IMG/VR virus record: IMGVR_UViG_3300013125_000852
Span: 1-31,308 of that record
Strand: one strand, 5' to 3'
Length of the DNA: 31,308 nucleotides
Origin: a virus
Taxonomy: Duplodnaviria; Caudoviricetes
Shown here: in pieces, positions 7,984 through 17,718 of the stretch
Numbering within the stretch: the stretch's first letter is position 1
Layout: every line of letters starts with the position of its first letter
Program-made: the position numbers and the translations under genes
The notes under the pieces: model-generated
Told to the model about the DNA's origin: nothing
Database searches by the model: none
What the model saw: the letters and a program-made list of their open reading frames with translations, nothing else

Positions 7984-10900
7984 TTACACTCGGCTGCACA
8001 CGAAGCCCACGTCGCGGACCTTCGGAGTGCGGGCCTGGTTGGTCGTCTCCAGATAGGTGAAGGGGCGCATCTGGCTAAATTCAGCCACATTCATGGTCCC
8101 TCCATCTGTGTATTCTCCATTGCCCACGCTGTCCGCCCCGGTGTCTGGATCGACCAGCGTGACCGTATCCGCTGTAACATCCACGAGCCTCCACGTTCCG
8201 TTTGCATTGGTATTGCCGCCCACGTCCGCGATCACGGCCACTTCGTTCTCCTGATGGCCGTGGTTTTCGCTGGTCAGCACAATTGGCGTCGTGTTGGATG
8301 CGCCCGTGATTGTCGCCTCCTCCGGGGTCTGAAACTCGTGGATATAGAAATTCTCTTCAGCTCCGATGGGTATATATCCCGGCGTGGGGAGCATATCCAC
8401 CAGGTGCTCGCCATCGTCTACCGAATATTTCGGAGTAATGGACCGCACGCCATTGCCGTTTGTCCCGTCCGTATCGAGCTTTACGTAGCACGCGACTTTG
8501 TTCGGATATGCGAGCGGATCTGTGAATAGCTGATCGTTCCATACCGCGTATCCAGACGTTTCGTGGAGCAGGAACAGGATGCCCGCGATCTGTTCGAGGA
8601 TCTGGTACGAACCGCCCAGACTCGTCACGTCGATGCGCAATTGGACCTCAGTTACGATCTGCTCCAGGACCACGTCTATACCCGGCCGGAAGGGAATCCA
8701 GTCGCTGGACCCTGCAAGTGCATAGCTCCAAATCACGGTTGTTCCAGGGCCGATAAATTCGGTGACAGCTATGGCTATGCGGCTCGCGCTCACTCCCGAG
8801 ATCGCATGGAACACGATCTGGCAGTTGTTTTCAAAATTCGACTTGTAGAGCTTGTATTTCAGGTCCCGCCGCGTCCATGGGTCCCACGTTCGGCCGTTCG
8901 GGCTGTGGAAGGCCACACCGTCAGCCATCGGCGGGCCGATAATCTCGCCGGTAGCCGCGTCGATTGCGCCCAGTTCCGCGGCCCAGACCTCGAAATCGGT
9001 GCTATTGCCGCCGGGCATGGGCACAAAGCAGAATTCATTTCCCGGCTGATACCCGAGCACATGCTCGAATGTGAAAACCGTCTCAACACTGCCATCAGCC
9101 GAAACCGAAATGTCAGCAGGCTCCAGCGTGCATGAGGCCAGGACTTGCTGGCTGGGATAGCCGTTCACTACAGTCCTGATCTGGATCGTGAAGGGCTGAG
9201 TGGCCGATTTGGCAGCGAAAAACAGACCCACGGCTGAGAGGTAAGTCGCTCCCTCTGCTGGGATCAAAAAAGTCTCAGCGATCGGATCGAGCTGAGCATG
9301 TTCGCCGGTATCCACCGCCTGCGTCTGAGTCACCGTTTCAGTGCGTGTGGTGAATGTCGGAATGCCGATGCTGGTGCTCTGCGTTGTCCGAACCATTCCC
9401 GCGCCGAGGAAGGAGGCCAGCGCTCTGGAATGCGTCGGCTGGCTGTAGTGGAAAACGTTCACCGGGGCCTCGCCATTCGTCACCCCTTCGGGCATCACGA
9501 ACTTGCCTGTCAGCCGCCCGGAATTGTCCGTGGCGACCGTGGTCTTCCCCTCATAGGTATGCGTCCCGGCCGCGCCTTTAGGGTTCTCCGCTCCTGAGTC
9601 GTAGACGAAATCCGCGACCTTTCCTGCGATTGCAATCACATGGTCCGAATTCGGGACCAGGCCGTCAACTCGCACATGGACCTCAAAATCGCTGCCGTCC
9701 GGGTTTTTCGTGCGGAGCATCGGCGCGAGGGACAGATCGACCACCCTATCGCCTACGTCAACCGTGGTGGACCCCGGGATTAGCGTCGTTTGCACGCCCG
9801 AGCGTTGCTGCAGGGCCATGATGTCGCCGACCATCATGCCGATGTTCTGGCCTGGATAAGCTTCCCTCCAATTATCAACCCGTGTTTGCCCCGTATTGAA
9901 CCAATCCCCCCAAAGGACGGAGGATATCTGCGCGCCGAGGTTATCTATTGCGCTGCTCAAATTGTCGTCAAAATCGCTATTCAGGTCCGGGGCCTGGTTT
10001 TCGTCCATAAAAACTTGCACGGACGGGCTGAGCGTCATGGTGCCGTAGTAGTCCTCGATCACATAGTCCGGAGCGCAGTTGATCCTTATCGAGGCTGCGA
10101 GCTGCTGATCGAACACCTCGGGCTGGTAATCGAGCAAAATGCTGTTCCCCACCCTCCGCACATTGGTCGAACTAGCCAAGTCCACGCTTAGGAGCGCGCC
10201 CTCCCGCGTGGCAGGCAGCATCAGCGTCCGCGTCTGGCGGTCCAGGGCCGCGGTATGCCTGATCCCATTCTTATTGAATGCCATGTCCATACGCCCGAAC
10301 CCGGTGAGCGCATCAGTGAACAGGCCCTTGAAATCAACAGCCACGGGCAGGGCCGCAACCTCCTTTTCCAGGTTGTTCACGACGCTCCAATACTCGACGC
10401 GTTCCATCCTGGCCTTGAGTTCCTGGAGGTCTTCCTGCGTGAGCCGCCGGCGCTTGAGCTGGACAACACTGACGTCCGACACGTTGTACGTATACGGAGG
10501 GACCTGGACGATAGCGATCGAGAGCAAGCCCGTCTGATCGGGCGGGATCGGCGGATTTTTGGCCGCCGCGCCTGTTATCAGGCTGAAATTGCCCTGGTCT
10601 GACAGGACCAATTTGTCTATGCGGCCGAGGTAATATTCATAATCGAAATTTGGGTCCTCCTCAGGCGTCGGCCACACACCTGCCACGGTGCGGAAATCCA
10701 GACAGTCCCGCAGATTGAGCGTGGAGAATGACTCGATTTCGGCATAGAGATCATAGGAATCCGCAACCACCAAGTCGCCCTCAACCTCGTGATACCAACA
10801 TTCCAGGCTCACATAGTATGTCGCGGCAGTGATGGGCTGGCCGGTTGCTCCGCCGCCCTGTTCGCCCGCGGCCGACCAATCTATCTTGGATGTCCCGTGA

Positions 10901-12879
10901 GCCAGGCCCGTGGAATTCTTCACCAGGCTATACAGATTATATTCGCTCTGGCTCTGCCCCGGAGAATCATTCACACGCAGGATACGCACCGCGTCAATAA
11001 CCGCTCCGCTCAACCCTCCAACCGCCTCGCCGTTGATCACGCGGGTTATGGCAGTTGCGCCCGTAAAAACCAGATCGTCCTGGCCGTCCTCCGCGCCCTT
11101 CACTACCTGCGCATCAACGACCCGGATCAGGGACCGCGAACCTTTCACCGCGAGCCGGTTGTACGCGTAGGCCACATAATACGTCGCGCCGCTGTTAGGT
11201 TCCGCGCCTCCCATGCCCGCGAAGGAGATAGTGTTGCCATCCCGCACAAAATCCACGCCATTCTGGTAATCCCATTTATGATCGTGCGCATCCGCGGCCG
11301 TATTCGATGCGCCGATAATCGTGAGCACATTCGTGTGGCCCAGTTCGTCAATATGCGTCGCTCCGTTGTGTGTCACAGCTTCAACAATATCGACCCGATA
11401 GCTGATGTCCGTGACGTTCTTCACAAACATGTCGTTGATACGATAGAGCCGCGTGCCCACCGGCTCGTAGGTCCCTGTTGAAATGCCCAGCTCGGTGTAA
11501 CAGTCGCTCGCAACCGCCTGCACGGCGAGGCTCTTCCCGTCCGCGGCCTTTATCTGGAGATGCCCGCCAGCCGCGGTGCAGATTACAAGCGTCCCACTCG
11601 TCGGGTATGCATTTATCGAGCTGGCGATCTGCGAACCGACCTGAGCAGCCGTCTGTCCGTTCCCTGTTAACGCCACGGTGTGACTATTACCCGACCCGAT
11701 CGTGAGCTTGATATTCAGCCCGTCAACGTCGAAATTCTCCTCTTCGCTTGTGATGACGCTCCCGCCCGGGATCGAAAATGGATCGCTCGCGCTTTCATTC
11801 ACGAACAGCGTTTCCCTCGCCCTGGCCAAATCCATAGGCTGCGCAGCCTTGGTCCGCACCTCAAAACCGTTCGGATAAGCCTCCCCGCACTTCGCCAGGA
11901 GCCGCAGCTTCGCAGCATCCGTCGGATGCGCCGCGACTTCGAGGGGGAACGGGTCCACCACGAACGAGCCGCTCACGGCAAATGTCCGCCGTGCAAGCGT
12001 CCTGTCGAGCATCGTCCGTTCAGGCGCCAGGACCTCAAGTTTCGGCTGCCCGTCGATGAACTCCCTGATTTTGATCTGATTCGGATCGTCCACCGTCCAA
12101 TTCACGGAAAACACCAGTTTGTCCGTGCCCGGCTGGCAATACTCCCGGTCCACCCCCTCGTCCAGGTTCCTCATATACGTGTCGTCAGTATGGGTCAGGG
12201 CCTCGGGCGTGACCACAATGCCGACAACCTCCGTGCCCGAACCCGTGAGCGTGACCTGGCCGCTCGGAATGGGCAGATAAATGCCCTCAAGATAAATCTT
12301 GCCCTCGGTGAATTCCCAGACATTCTCACTGACCAGCCGCTCCTTGAGCCCGTAAATCTGGTCCCCGTCCTTATGGAGCGTGTCTCCCAGGCCCCGGATC
12401 ATGCGATGAAAAACGCTCTGCAAATCCATCAATTCGTGGCGCTGGAAGTCCCGTCCCAGGTTCCCCAATAGCATCCACCAGTTCGGGCGCCCTGAGGTAT
12501 CGCTCCCGGGCGGCTGGATGTTCTGCACGGCCTGGCCCGTGTCGTCTATCACCGCGAGGGATGCAGCGACTTCACCCAACAGTTTTTGAACCCCCGCATC
12601 CTTCTTGAAGAACCGGACATACCCCGCGGCGGCAGGCACATTCGTGGCCCTCAGCCGCACGAAATTCACGCCGCTCAGAGTATTCGGCGCATTGGATAGA
12701 CTCACCGCCTCGCCCGGAGTTGTCTCTCCCACCAGGCTGCGGAATGTCGCGCAATACTCACACGTCTGCGCGCCCGGGACACCGAGCACTTCCGGCGCGG
12801 CAAGGATCGGCTCATCCAGGTTGTCGAAAGCGCGAACCTGGTAATCGTGGAATTTCTTCAGGACTATACTGTCGCCCAT
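7984..12879 (-). CDS. DUF4815-like giant baseplate/virion structural protein (1631 aa)
   Basis: GRDFQRHELMDLQS, LARRTFAVSGSFVVDPF, YYLGRIDKLVL, RMERVEYWSVVNNLE, DPIAETF..GLFFAAK..IQIRTVVNGYPS and DLKYKLYK motifs. C-terminal ITGASNTTPIVLTSENHG domain. SD AGGAGGAG. Confidence 0.8.
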   Translation of the reverse strand: MGDSIVLKKFHDYQVRAFDNLDEPILAAPEVLGVPGAQTCEYCATFRSLVGETTPGEAVSLSNAPNTLSGVNFVRLRATNVPAAAGYVRFFKKDAGVQKLLGEVAASLAVIDDTGQAVQNIQPPGSDTSGRPNWWMLLGNLGRDFQRHELMDLQSVFHRMIRGLGDTLHKDGDQIYGLKERLVSENVWEFTEGKIYLEGIYLPIPSGQVTLTGSGTEVVGIVVTPEALTHTDDTYMRNLDEGVDREYCQPGTDKLVFSVNWTVDDPNQIKIREFIDGQPKLEVLAPERTMLDRTLARRTFAVSGSFVVDPFPLEVAAHPTDAAKLRLLAKCGEAYPNGFEVRTKAAQPMDLARARETLFVNESASDPFSIPGGSVITSEEENFDVDGLNIKLTIGSGNSHTVALTGNGQTAAQVGSQIASSINAYPTSGTLVICTAAGGHLQIKAADGKSLAVQAVASDCYTELGISTGTYEPVGTRLYRINDMFVKNVTDISYRVDIVEAVTHNGATHIDELGHTNVLTIIGASNTAADAHDHKWDYQNGVDFVRDGNTISFAGMGGAEPNSGATYYVAYAYNRLAVKGSRSLIRVVDAQVVKGAEDGQDDLVFTGATAITRVINGEAVGGLSGAVIDAVRILRVNDSPGQSQSEYNLYSLVKNSTGLAHGTSKIDWSAAGEQGGGATGQPITAATYYVSLECWYHEVEGDLVVADSYDLYAEIESFSTLNLRDCLDFRTVAGVWPTPEEDPNFDYEYYLGRIDKLVLSDQGNFSLITGAAAKNPPIPPDQTGLLSIAIVQVPPYTYNVSDVSVVQLKRRRLTQEDLQELKARMERVEYWSVVNNLEKEVAALPVAVDFKGLFTDALTGFGRMDMAFNKNGIRHTAALDRQTRTLMLPATREGALLSVDLASSTNVRRVGNSILLDYQPEVFDQQLAASIRINCAPDYVIEDYYGTMTLSPSVQVFMDENQAPDLNSDFDDNLSSAIDNLGAQISSVLWGDWFNTGQTRVDNWREAYPGQNIGMMVGDIMALQQRSGVQTTLIPGSTTVDVGDRVVDLSLAPMLRTKNPDGSDFEVHVRVDGLVPNSDHVIAIAGKVADFVYDSGAENPKGAAGTHTYEGKTTVATDNSGRLTGKFVMPEGVTNGEAPVNVFHYSQPTHSRALASFLGAGMVRTTQSTSIGIPTFTTRTETVTQTQAVDTGEHAQLDPIAETFLIPAEGATYLSAVGLFFAAKSATQPFTIQIRTVVNGYPSQQVLASCTLEPADISVSADGSVETVFTFEHVLGYQPGNEFCFVPMPGGNSTDFEVWAAELGAIDAATGEIIGPPMADGVAFHSPNGRTWDPWTRRDLKYKLYKSNFENNCQIVFHAISGVSASRIAIAVTEFIGPGTTVIWSYALAGSSDWIPFRPGIDVVLEQIVTEVQLRIDVTSLGGSYQILEQIAGILFLLHETSGYAVWNDQLFTDPLAYPNKVACYVKLDTDGTNGNGVRSITPKYSVDDGEHLVDMLPTPGYIPIGAEENFYIHEFQTPEEATITGASNTTPIVLTSENHGHQENEVAVIADVGGNTNANGTWRLVDVTADTVTLVDPDTGADSVGNGEYTDGGTMNVAEFSQMRPFTYLETTNQARTPKVRDVGFVCSRV

Positions 12880-12899
12880 GGGGCTCCTCCTAGAATGCT

Positions 12900-13026
12900 A
12901 TCCGCAGATTACTGTACGGTGCGACCGGCGGGACGCCGGCACGCTACAATTTGTTTCGTAGCGCCGGCATCTTGCCGGTGATTCGGCCCCGAAAGAGTCT
13001 CTGCCTAATCTGCGCAATCTGTGGAT
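12900..13026. repeat. Family-D inverted flanks enclosing two inverted family-A elements
   Basis: ATCCGCAGATT...[12925-12947][12958-12978]...AATCTGCGCAATCTGTGGAT. Confidence 0.8.
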
Positions 13027-13038
13027 GGCATTCTCTCA

Positions 13039-13551
13039 TTATTCAAATTTCCAAATAAACTCGATATCCCGCTCCTCGCCAGGTCCGAACGATCGCATCA
13101 CCGTGTTTGAAATCCTGCCGAGCAGGCCCCTATCGCTCACGTTGGCAGGCGCCAGCCATTGATCGTTTTCGTGTCCGGGAGCGGGGACGAGATTCACAAA
13201 AAAACCCTTCTGGCGGAAATTGCCAGTGGGCATCCCTTCCAAATGTTGGAGCAGGAAATAGATGTAGATGAACCGGGCGGACTCCGCGATTGCATCCTCA
13301 TCCGCTACAAACGCGTATTTCTGGCCCTCAACTATTACGTCCTCGTTTTCGGTCACCGTCTTGGCCAGCGATACAATCTGCGGCTTGACGAACACGATAG
13401 CCTCTTCGATGTCCGTCGCGCCTAGTGGATCGGTCGGCGGGCTCTCCTCATTATCCCATGGGGTGGTCCGACCGATTGCCCCCCAGATGCTGAAGGCCGC
13501 CTTGACGGTCTGCGCTACGCCAGCCCGCATACAATATGGTGTTGCACTCAT
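13039..13551 (-). CDS. Baseplate wedge-like protein
   Basis: AIGRTTPWDNEESPP and ARFIYI...FRQKG motifs of myovirus baseplate proteins; synteny. Confidence 0.65.
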   Translation of the reverse strand: MSATPYCMRAGVAQTVKAAFSIWGAIGRTTPWDNEESPPTDPLGATDIEEAIVFVKPQIVSLAKTVTENEDVIVEGQKYAFVADEDAIAESARFIYIYFLLQHLEGMPTGNFRQKGFFVNLVPAPGHENDQWLAPANVSDRGLLGRISNTVMRSFGPGEERDIEFIWKFE

Positions 13552-13560
13552 TCAAAGCTC

Positions 13561-14433
13561 CTATGTGCGCAGCACATCCTCTTCCGGTTGGATGGCTGCT
13601 ATTTCTTCGGGCAATGGATTTTCCGGCGTCCCCATGACCGTGGTGAGCCCCGGAGTCATTATGGACAACGGCGAATCCGTCGTCAGATAGGCGTTGCTTG
13701 ATGCTGTGTCTCCCTCACGGACGTGTTCCGCTTCCGGTTGGGCCGATTCGCCGCCCAACCAGAGATCAATTCCCAGGCGACCATAACCGAGCGTGCCCTC
13801 GCGGGTATTGGTATTGATTTCAACGCCCGCGTCCCGTTCGGTAATGACCGATTCGGTGATTGCAACATCAGACTCAGTGATCCTCAGATACCAGCGTTCA
13901 CCGCCCGCGAGCGTTTCCGCGAGGTCCGCCCTCAGTCCGGCCAGGTCCACCGCATCGGTCACGCACAGAATGAACGCGCCATCATGGTAATAATCCGGCG
14001 CAACAAACCGGCACGCGCCTGAACCCAGGTTGGCCTGTTTGCCCAACACGAACAGCTTTGAAGCTTGGTCGATTACCGACCAGTCCCCGCCGCCATTGTC
14101 CGCAACAGCGTCCCCGACTCTCGCCAAAGTGCCCTTGTACGAGTGCCGGGGGATGGCGTGTTTCTGCCGCCGCCGGTTCCACGAGTGGACCATATCGCCT
14201 CGCCATTGACGCCCAACCAGCGGCGCCTGGTGCTTCAGGAACCGGTCCGGGACATGATCCACGCTCCGCAGGTCCTTGATCGCCGCGGCATTCTCCTGCG
14301 CCAGGTCAAACGACGTATCGAGCACCCCGAGGGACCGTTCGAGCACACCCTTCCCGTCCTCACGGGTATCGTCGCGATCCAGGCGCTTCCAAATTTCCGG
14401 AAGCCTTTTGAACATGCGCACGCGTTCAGCCAT
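13561..14433 (-). CDS. Baseplate wedge protein, P2 gpI / T4 gp7-like
   Basis: FKRLPEIWKRLD...LER.L.VLD...VPDRFLKHQA..VG...YKGT pattern; follows baseplate J. Confidence 0.75.
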   Translation of the reverse strand: MAERVRMFKRLPEIWKRLDRDDTREDGKGVLERSLGVLDTSFDLAQENAAAIKDLRSVDHVPDRFLKHQAPLVGRQWRGDMVHSWNRRRQKHAIPRHSYKGTLARVGDAVADNGGGDWSVIDQASKLFVLGKQANLGSGACRFVAPDYYHDGAFILCVTDAVDLAGLRADLAETLAGGERWYLRITESDVAITESVITERDAGVEINTNTREGTLGYGRLGIDLWLGGESAQPEAEHVREGDTASSNAYLTTDSPLSIMTPGLTTVMGTPENPLPEEIAAIQPEEDVLRT

Positions 14434-14447
14434 CGAATACAATCCTT

Positions 14448-14690
14448 ATCCGCAGATTCACGCAGATTTCACAGATTGCTGTACGGCGCGACCGGCGGTC
14501 GCCTCGGGGCGCACGCCATGCGCCCCTACAAATGCCTTTCGTTGCCTTTCTGCGAGCGGTCCTCAGACCATTTTCGTGGAGTCACGAAAATGATCTGAGG
14601 ATGCTTTCCCAGGGCCGTCAGGCCCCGCAATAGAGTTTTAGGGAGGGGGTTTGGGGGAAGACCCTTTTGCAAAAGGGGCGCCCCCGATTC
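14448..14690. repeat. Composite palindrome cassette (D, C, G, F)
   Basis: CGCAGATT-type tandem 14448-14477; C 14481-14529; 19-bp stem with one mismatch 14560-14601; F 14652-14685. Confidence 0.85.
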
Positions 14691-14696
14691 TCTTCC

Positions 14697-16136
14697 CTAT
14701 GTTATCGTCACGGTAATCGCGCCCGCGGCCGGTATTTGGCCATTAGCGATGGTCACACCGGTCATTGGCGCATCGAATTCGACCCACGAAACGCCGGCCA
14801 CGGCCGACGCCGCGGCATGCAGCTCGGTGAATGTTATTGACCCGCCGATTGTCCGGTCCTCTGGCGCAAATATGCTATTCAGCGCCGCGATCACAGCCGT
14901 CCGCACAGAGTCACTCGAATATCCCTGAAGGACCCCGATGCGCACGCTCACATTCACCGGGATCTCAACCGCGTCTTTCAAGATGTAACGCTCTTTCCAC
15001 GGACCCAGATGCCCCCTCTCGCCGCAATATGCCCAGATCTGTTCCTTGAGCAGCGATGACATGGGGCCGCCGCCTTCCGGGACCACATAAAGCACTACGT
15101 ACATGTGCGGCCACTCCAATGAGTCGTTCCGGTCGAGCGATTGGACGTGCAGCACGCCGGGGAGATGTTCGAGCAGGGCCTCATAGTCCGACGGCCATCC
15201 ATCGACCCGCTTCACCGTAACCATGCGACGCTGAGCATTGGTCACAGCCGGGATTGACCGGCGGATGGATTCCGTTGACTCGGCCGGAGCTCCTCCCGTT
15301 GCGGACTCGATATTGGCAGCCGTCACTGAATCGGACAGTCCGTCCGGGACCAGATAGATGACGCCCGAACCGCAGTTGCCCAGGGCCTCCGCACAAACCA
15401 CAAATCTGATATGGAGATCCTCGGAGGATGGGGGCAGGCTGCCTGCTGTTCCATCCCCCAGCACCAACCAGACAGAATCGTCTTCGCCATTCAATTCGAG
15501 CAGGAAATGCCTATCCGTGGGCCTGGACCGCCAGAACGAATCGACCTCACTCCAATAGATTTCCGCTCCGGCGCCTCCCTGCCACAATTCTACTGTCCCG
15601 GCTGCCAGGCCTCTCGGCAGCGCAAACCTCAGATGGCCGGTCCAATCATGATCGTCAATCCAGTCCGAGGGCTCGATTTCAGCCTCGACAACCACCCCCT
15701 GGATCGCGTTGACTTCAATGGAATTCTCAGCCTCTGCGATCGCTGCGGCCGCTGCGGTGAGATATTCAACCCCATCCGCTCTCCCCATCGCCGAATATTT
15801 CGGGATGCTGATTGCTCCTACAACACCCGCTTTCCGGTCGATCCTCAACCTGGTCGATGCCGCGGATGCCAATGTGGGCAGATAATCCACGGTCCGGCCG
15901 ATATCAATGCCGTCCTGCTTGAACCTGAAATACGGCACCAGGCACGATTCCGCTGCACGGTCTACGTTCGCATTCAATAGATCCGTCTGCCGCGCCTGGA
16001 GCCTCTTCAGGGCCTTGCCCGCATCCGAATGGTTCAGGTCGGTCAGCTCGGGAACGTCCTGTAGCCCGAGCGCATCGAGCCGCTCCAGCTCCGCCGAATA
16101 GTCGCGTCCGGTAAAATTCAATGCCGGTTCAGTCAT
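14697..16136 (-). CDS. Baseplate J / T4 gp6-like wedge protein
   Basis: NFTGRDY, TDLNHSDAG, LGDGTAG.LP, ATGGAPAESTESIRR, RMVT..DYE and AVAGVSWV motifs. Confidence 0.9.
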   Translation of the reverse strand: MTEPALNFTGRDYSAELERLDALGLQDVPELTDLNHSDAGKALKRLQARQTDLLNANVDRAAESCLVPYFRFKQDGIDIGRTVDYLPTLASAASTRLRIDRKAGVVGAISIPKYSAMGRADGVEYLTAAAAAIAEAENSIEVNAIQGVVVEAEIEPSDWIDDHDWTGHLRFALPRGLAAGTVELWQGGAGAEIYWSEVDSFWRSRPTDRHFLLELNGEDDSVWLVLGDGTAGSLPPSSEDLHIRFVVCAEALGNCGSGVIYLVPDGLSDSVTAANIESATGGAPAESTESIRRSIPAVTNAQRRMVTVKRVDGWPSDYEALLEHLPGVLHVQSLDRNDSLEWPHMYVVLYVVPEGGGPMSSLLKEQIWAYCGERGHLGPWKERYILKDAVEIPVNVSVRIGVLQGYSSDSVRTAVIAALNSIFAPEDRTIGGSITFTELHAAASAVAGVSWVEFDAPMTGVTIANGQIPAAGAITVTIT

Positions 16137-16170
16137 GAGATTTACAAGTCCTTAACGCAGATTCCAAACC

Positions 16171-16694
16171 CAGAGGGCGCTGGGAAAGCATGCGGGGACC
16201 CGCTTTTTGCAAAAAGCCGGTTCCCGCACCCTCCGGCAAAAACTCCCATATAATGTTCGGTCTTCATGGTCTTCGTTGCCTTTACGCGAGGTAGGGGCGA
16301 GGCATGCCTTGCCCAGGGCGACCGCTGGTCGCCCCTACCTTCATTGCGTTTCTTGTCCGTAGCACGATCCGCATACGATTTTCCCGATTTTCCAGAATAG
16401 TGCCACGATTCATCCTGGAGGCTACCCGGATCCGGCTGGCGCTGGATACTCGAGGAGGTGATTCGTAGCACGATTGCATTTTCTTCGTTGCCTTTGTTGC
16501 CGGGGTGCGGAAGTCATTTTCGGTTTGAAAATGACTTCCGCATGCTTGGTCAGCTCCCCCAGGGCCGAATCACCGGCGAGACGCCGGCGCTACAAAGCCA
16601 TAGGAGTTCTTGAAAGGGGCGCCGGGGGAAAGCTTCTTGCAAGAAGTTTCCCCCGGCATTCCACAATCTGCGTAATCGGCGCAATCTGCGGTTA
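16171..16694. repeat. Repeat-rich spacer: inverted F cassette, C, unique core, then H-A-F-D cassette
   Basis: F reversed ~16193-16227; C 16291-16338; H 16506-16542; A 16573-16593; F 16621-16657; D 16665-16694. Confidence 0.8.
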
Positions 16695-16703
16695 TTCTTC
16701 CCG

Positions 16704-17561
16704 TCATGCGGCCAGCTCCATCAGGACACGGGTCCGGGAGGGCATCCTGAGCAACGTGCCGGGGCGCGGGTCCAAGGCCGCATCGTCCGCGCTCGACGGT
16801 TCCCCGCGTTCCGCAGCGTCCTGGCTATAACAATCCGAGATCACCCACCAGAACTTGATATCGCCATACATCCGCCATGAGATGAGGAGCCAGGTATCGA
16901 AATGCCTGACCTCCTCGAACATATCATCCGGCCGTGGCGGAATGCGTTTGGTCCGCCTGGGCCTGATATATCGTTCATTTCCAACCTGATAGGCCGGGCG
17001 CCCATGATACCGTGAGCACCAGTCATGCCCTTCCGCGTCTATTTCTCCGAGCGGATATTCAGCCGCTCTCGCCTGCCTGGGCGTCACGAACGGACTGACC
17101 AGGTTGCCCGGGACCTGGGTTCGGATAATCTCCGGATTCAGCACGCATGGCAGAATGCCCTGATCTATGCCCTCGCCGGTAGGATGCCAATCCACGCCCT
17201 CGGGAACCGGAATCCGAGCCCGCCTTTCCCACCGCTGCGTCGCCACCTCTAACCACGTCTCGAATTCCTCTTCGGTCATCCGGTTATTCGGATCGTTGAT
17301 AACGGTCTCGGTCCGCGATCCGTATTCCGGCAGAGTGTCATGCTCCCCGGGCCGGGTGATAATGATATTGAAAATGGCCTCGCTGATATGGTTGTCCCGA
17401 GCCGGGAGCTTCTCCCGACTGGTGAACGATTCCGTCACATACTCAACGGCAATCTCCGCGTTGTCGGCACGGCCTTCCGTAACGACTACCCCGCCCGTCG
17501 CAGGATTCACCCGAAAGGGAAATCCAATGCCCTTGCCATAGAATGGAGCGGTTCTGATCAT
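16704..17561 (-). CDS. Baseplate gp25/GpW-like protein fused to a C-terminal LysM/gp53-like domain
   Basis: YGKGIGFPFR, I.EAIFNII.TRPGE...PEYGS, RWERR and GNLVSPF (gp25). C-terminal DTWLLISWRMYGDIKFWWVI...PGTLLRMPS (LysM-like). Confidence 0.75.
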   Translation of the reverse strand: MIRTAPFYGKGIGFPFRVNPATGGVVVTEGRADNAEIAVEYVTESFTSREKLPARDNHISEAIFNIIITRPGEHDTLPEYGSRTETVINDPNNRMTEEEFETWLEVATQRWERRARIPVPEGVDWHPTGEGIDQGILPCVLNPEIIRTQVPGNLVSPFVTPRQARAAEYPLGEIDAEGHDWCSRYHGRPAYQVGNERYIRPRRTKRIPPRPDDMFEEVRHFDTWLLISWRMYGDIKFWWVISDCYSQDAAERGEPSSADDAALDPRPGTLLRMPSRTRVLMELAA

Positions 17562-17573
17562 GAAACAGCCTCT

Positions 17574-17717
17574 AACCGCAGATTTCCCTGGGGCGCACGC
17601 CATGCGCCCCTACAAATGCCTACGGATCAGGATTGTATTCGTAGCGCCGGCGTCCCGCCGGTAGTAGGGGCGCATGGCGTGCGCCCCAGGGCGACCGGCA
17701 AGATGCCGGCACGCTAC
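17574..17717. repeat. Palindrome cluster (D, C-half, A variant, C/A hybrid)
   Basis: 17590-17613, 17641-17661, 17664-17717. Confidence 0.8.
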
Positions 17718-17718
17718 A

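Noticed and set aside
16142-16479. 109-aa and 65-aa minus-strand ORFs
   Set aside because: Largely translated repeat sequence with no convincing SD or motif.
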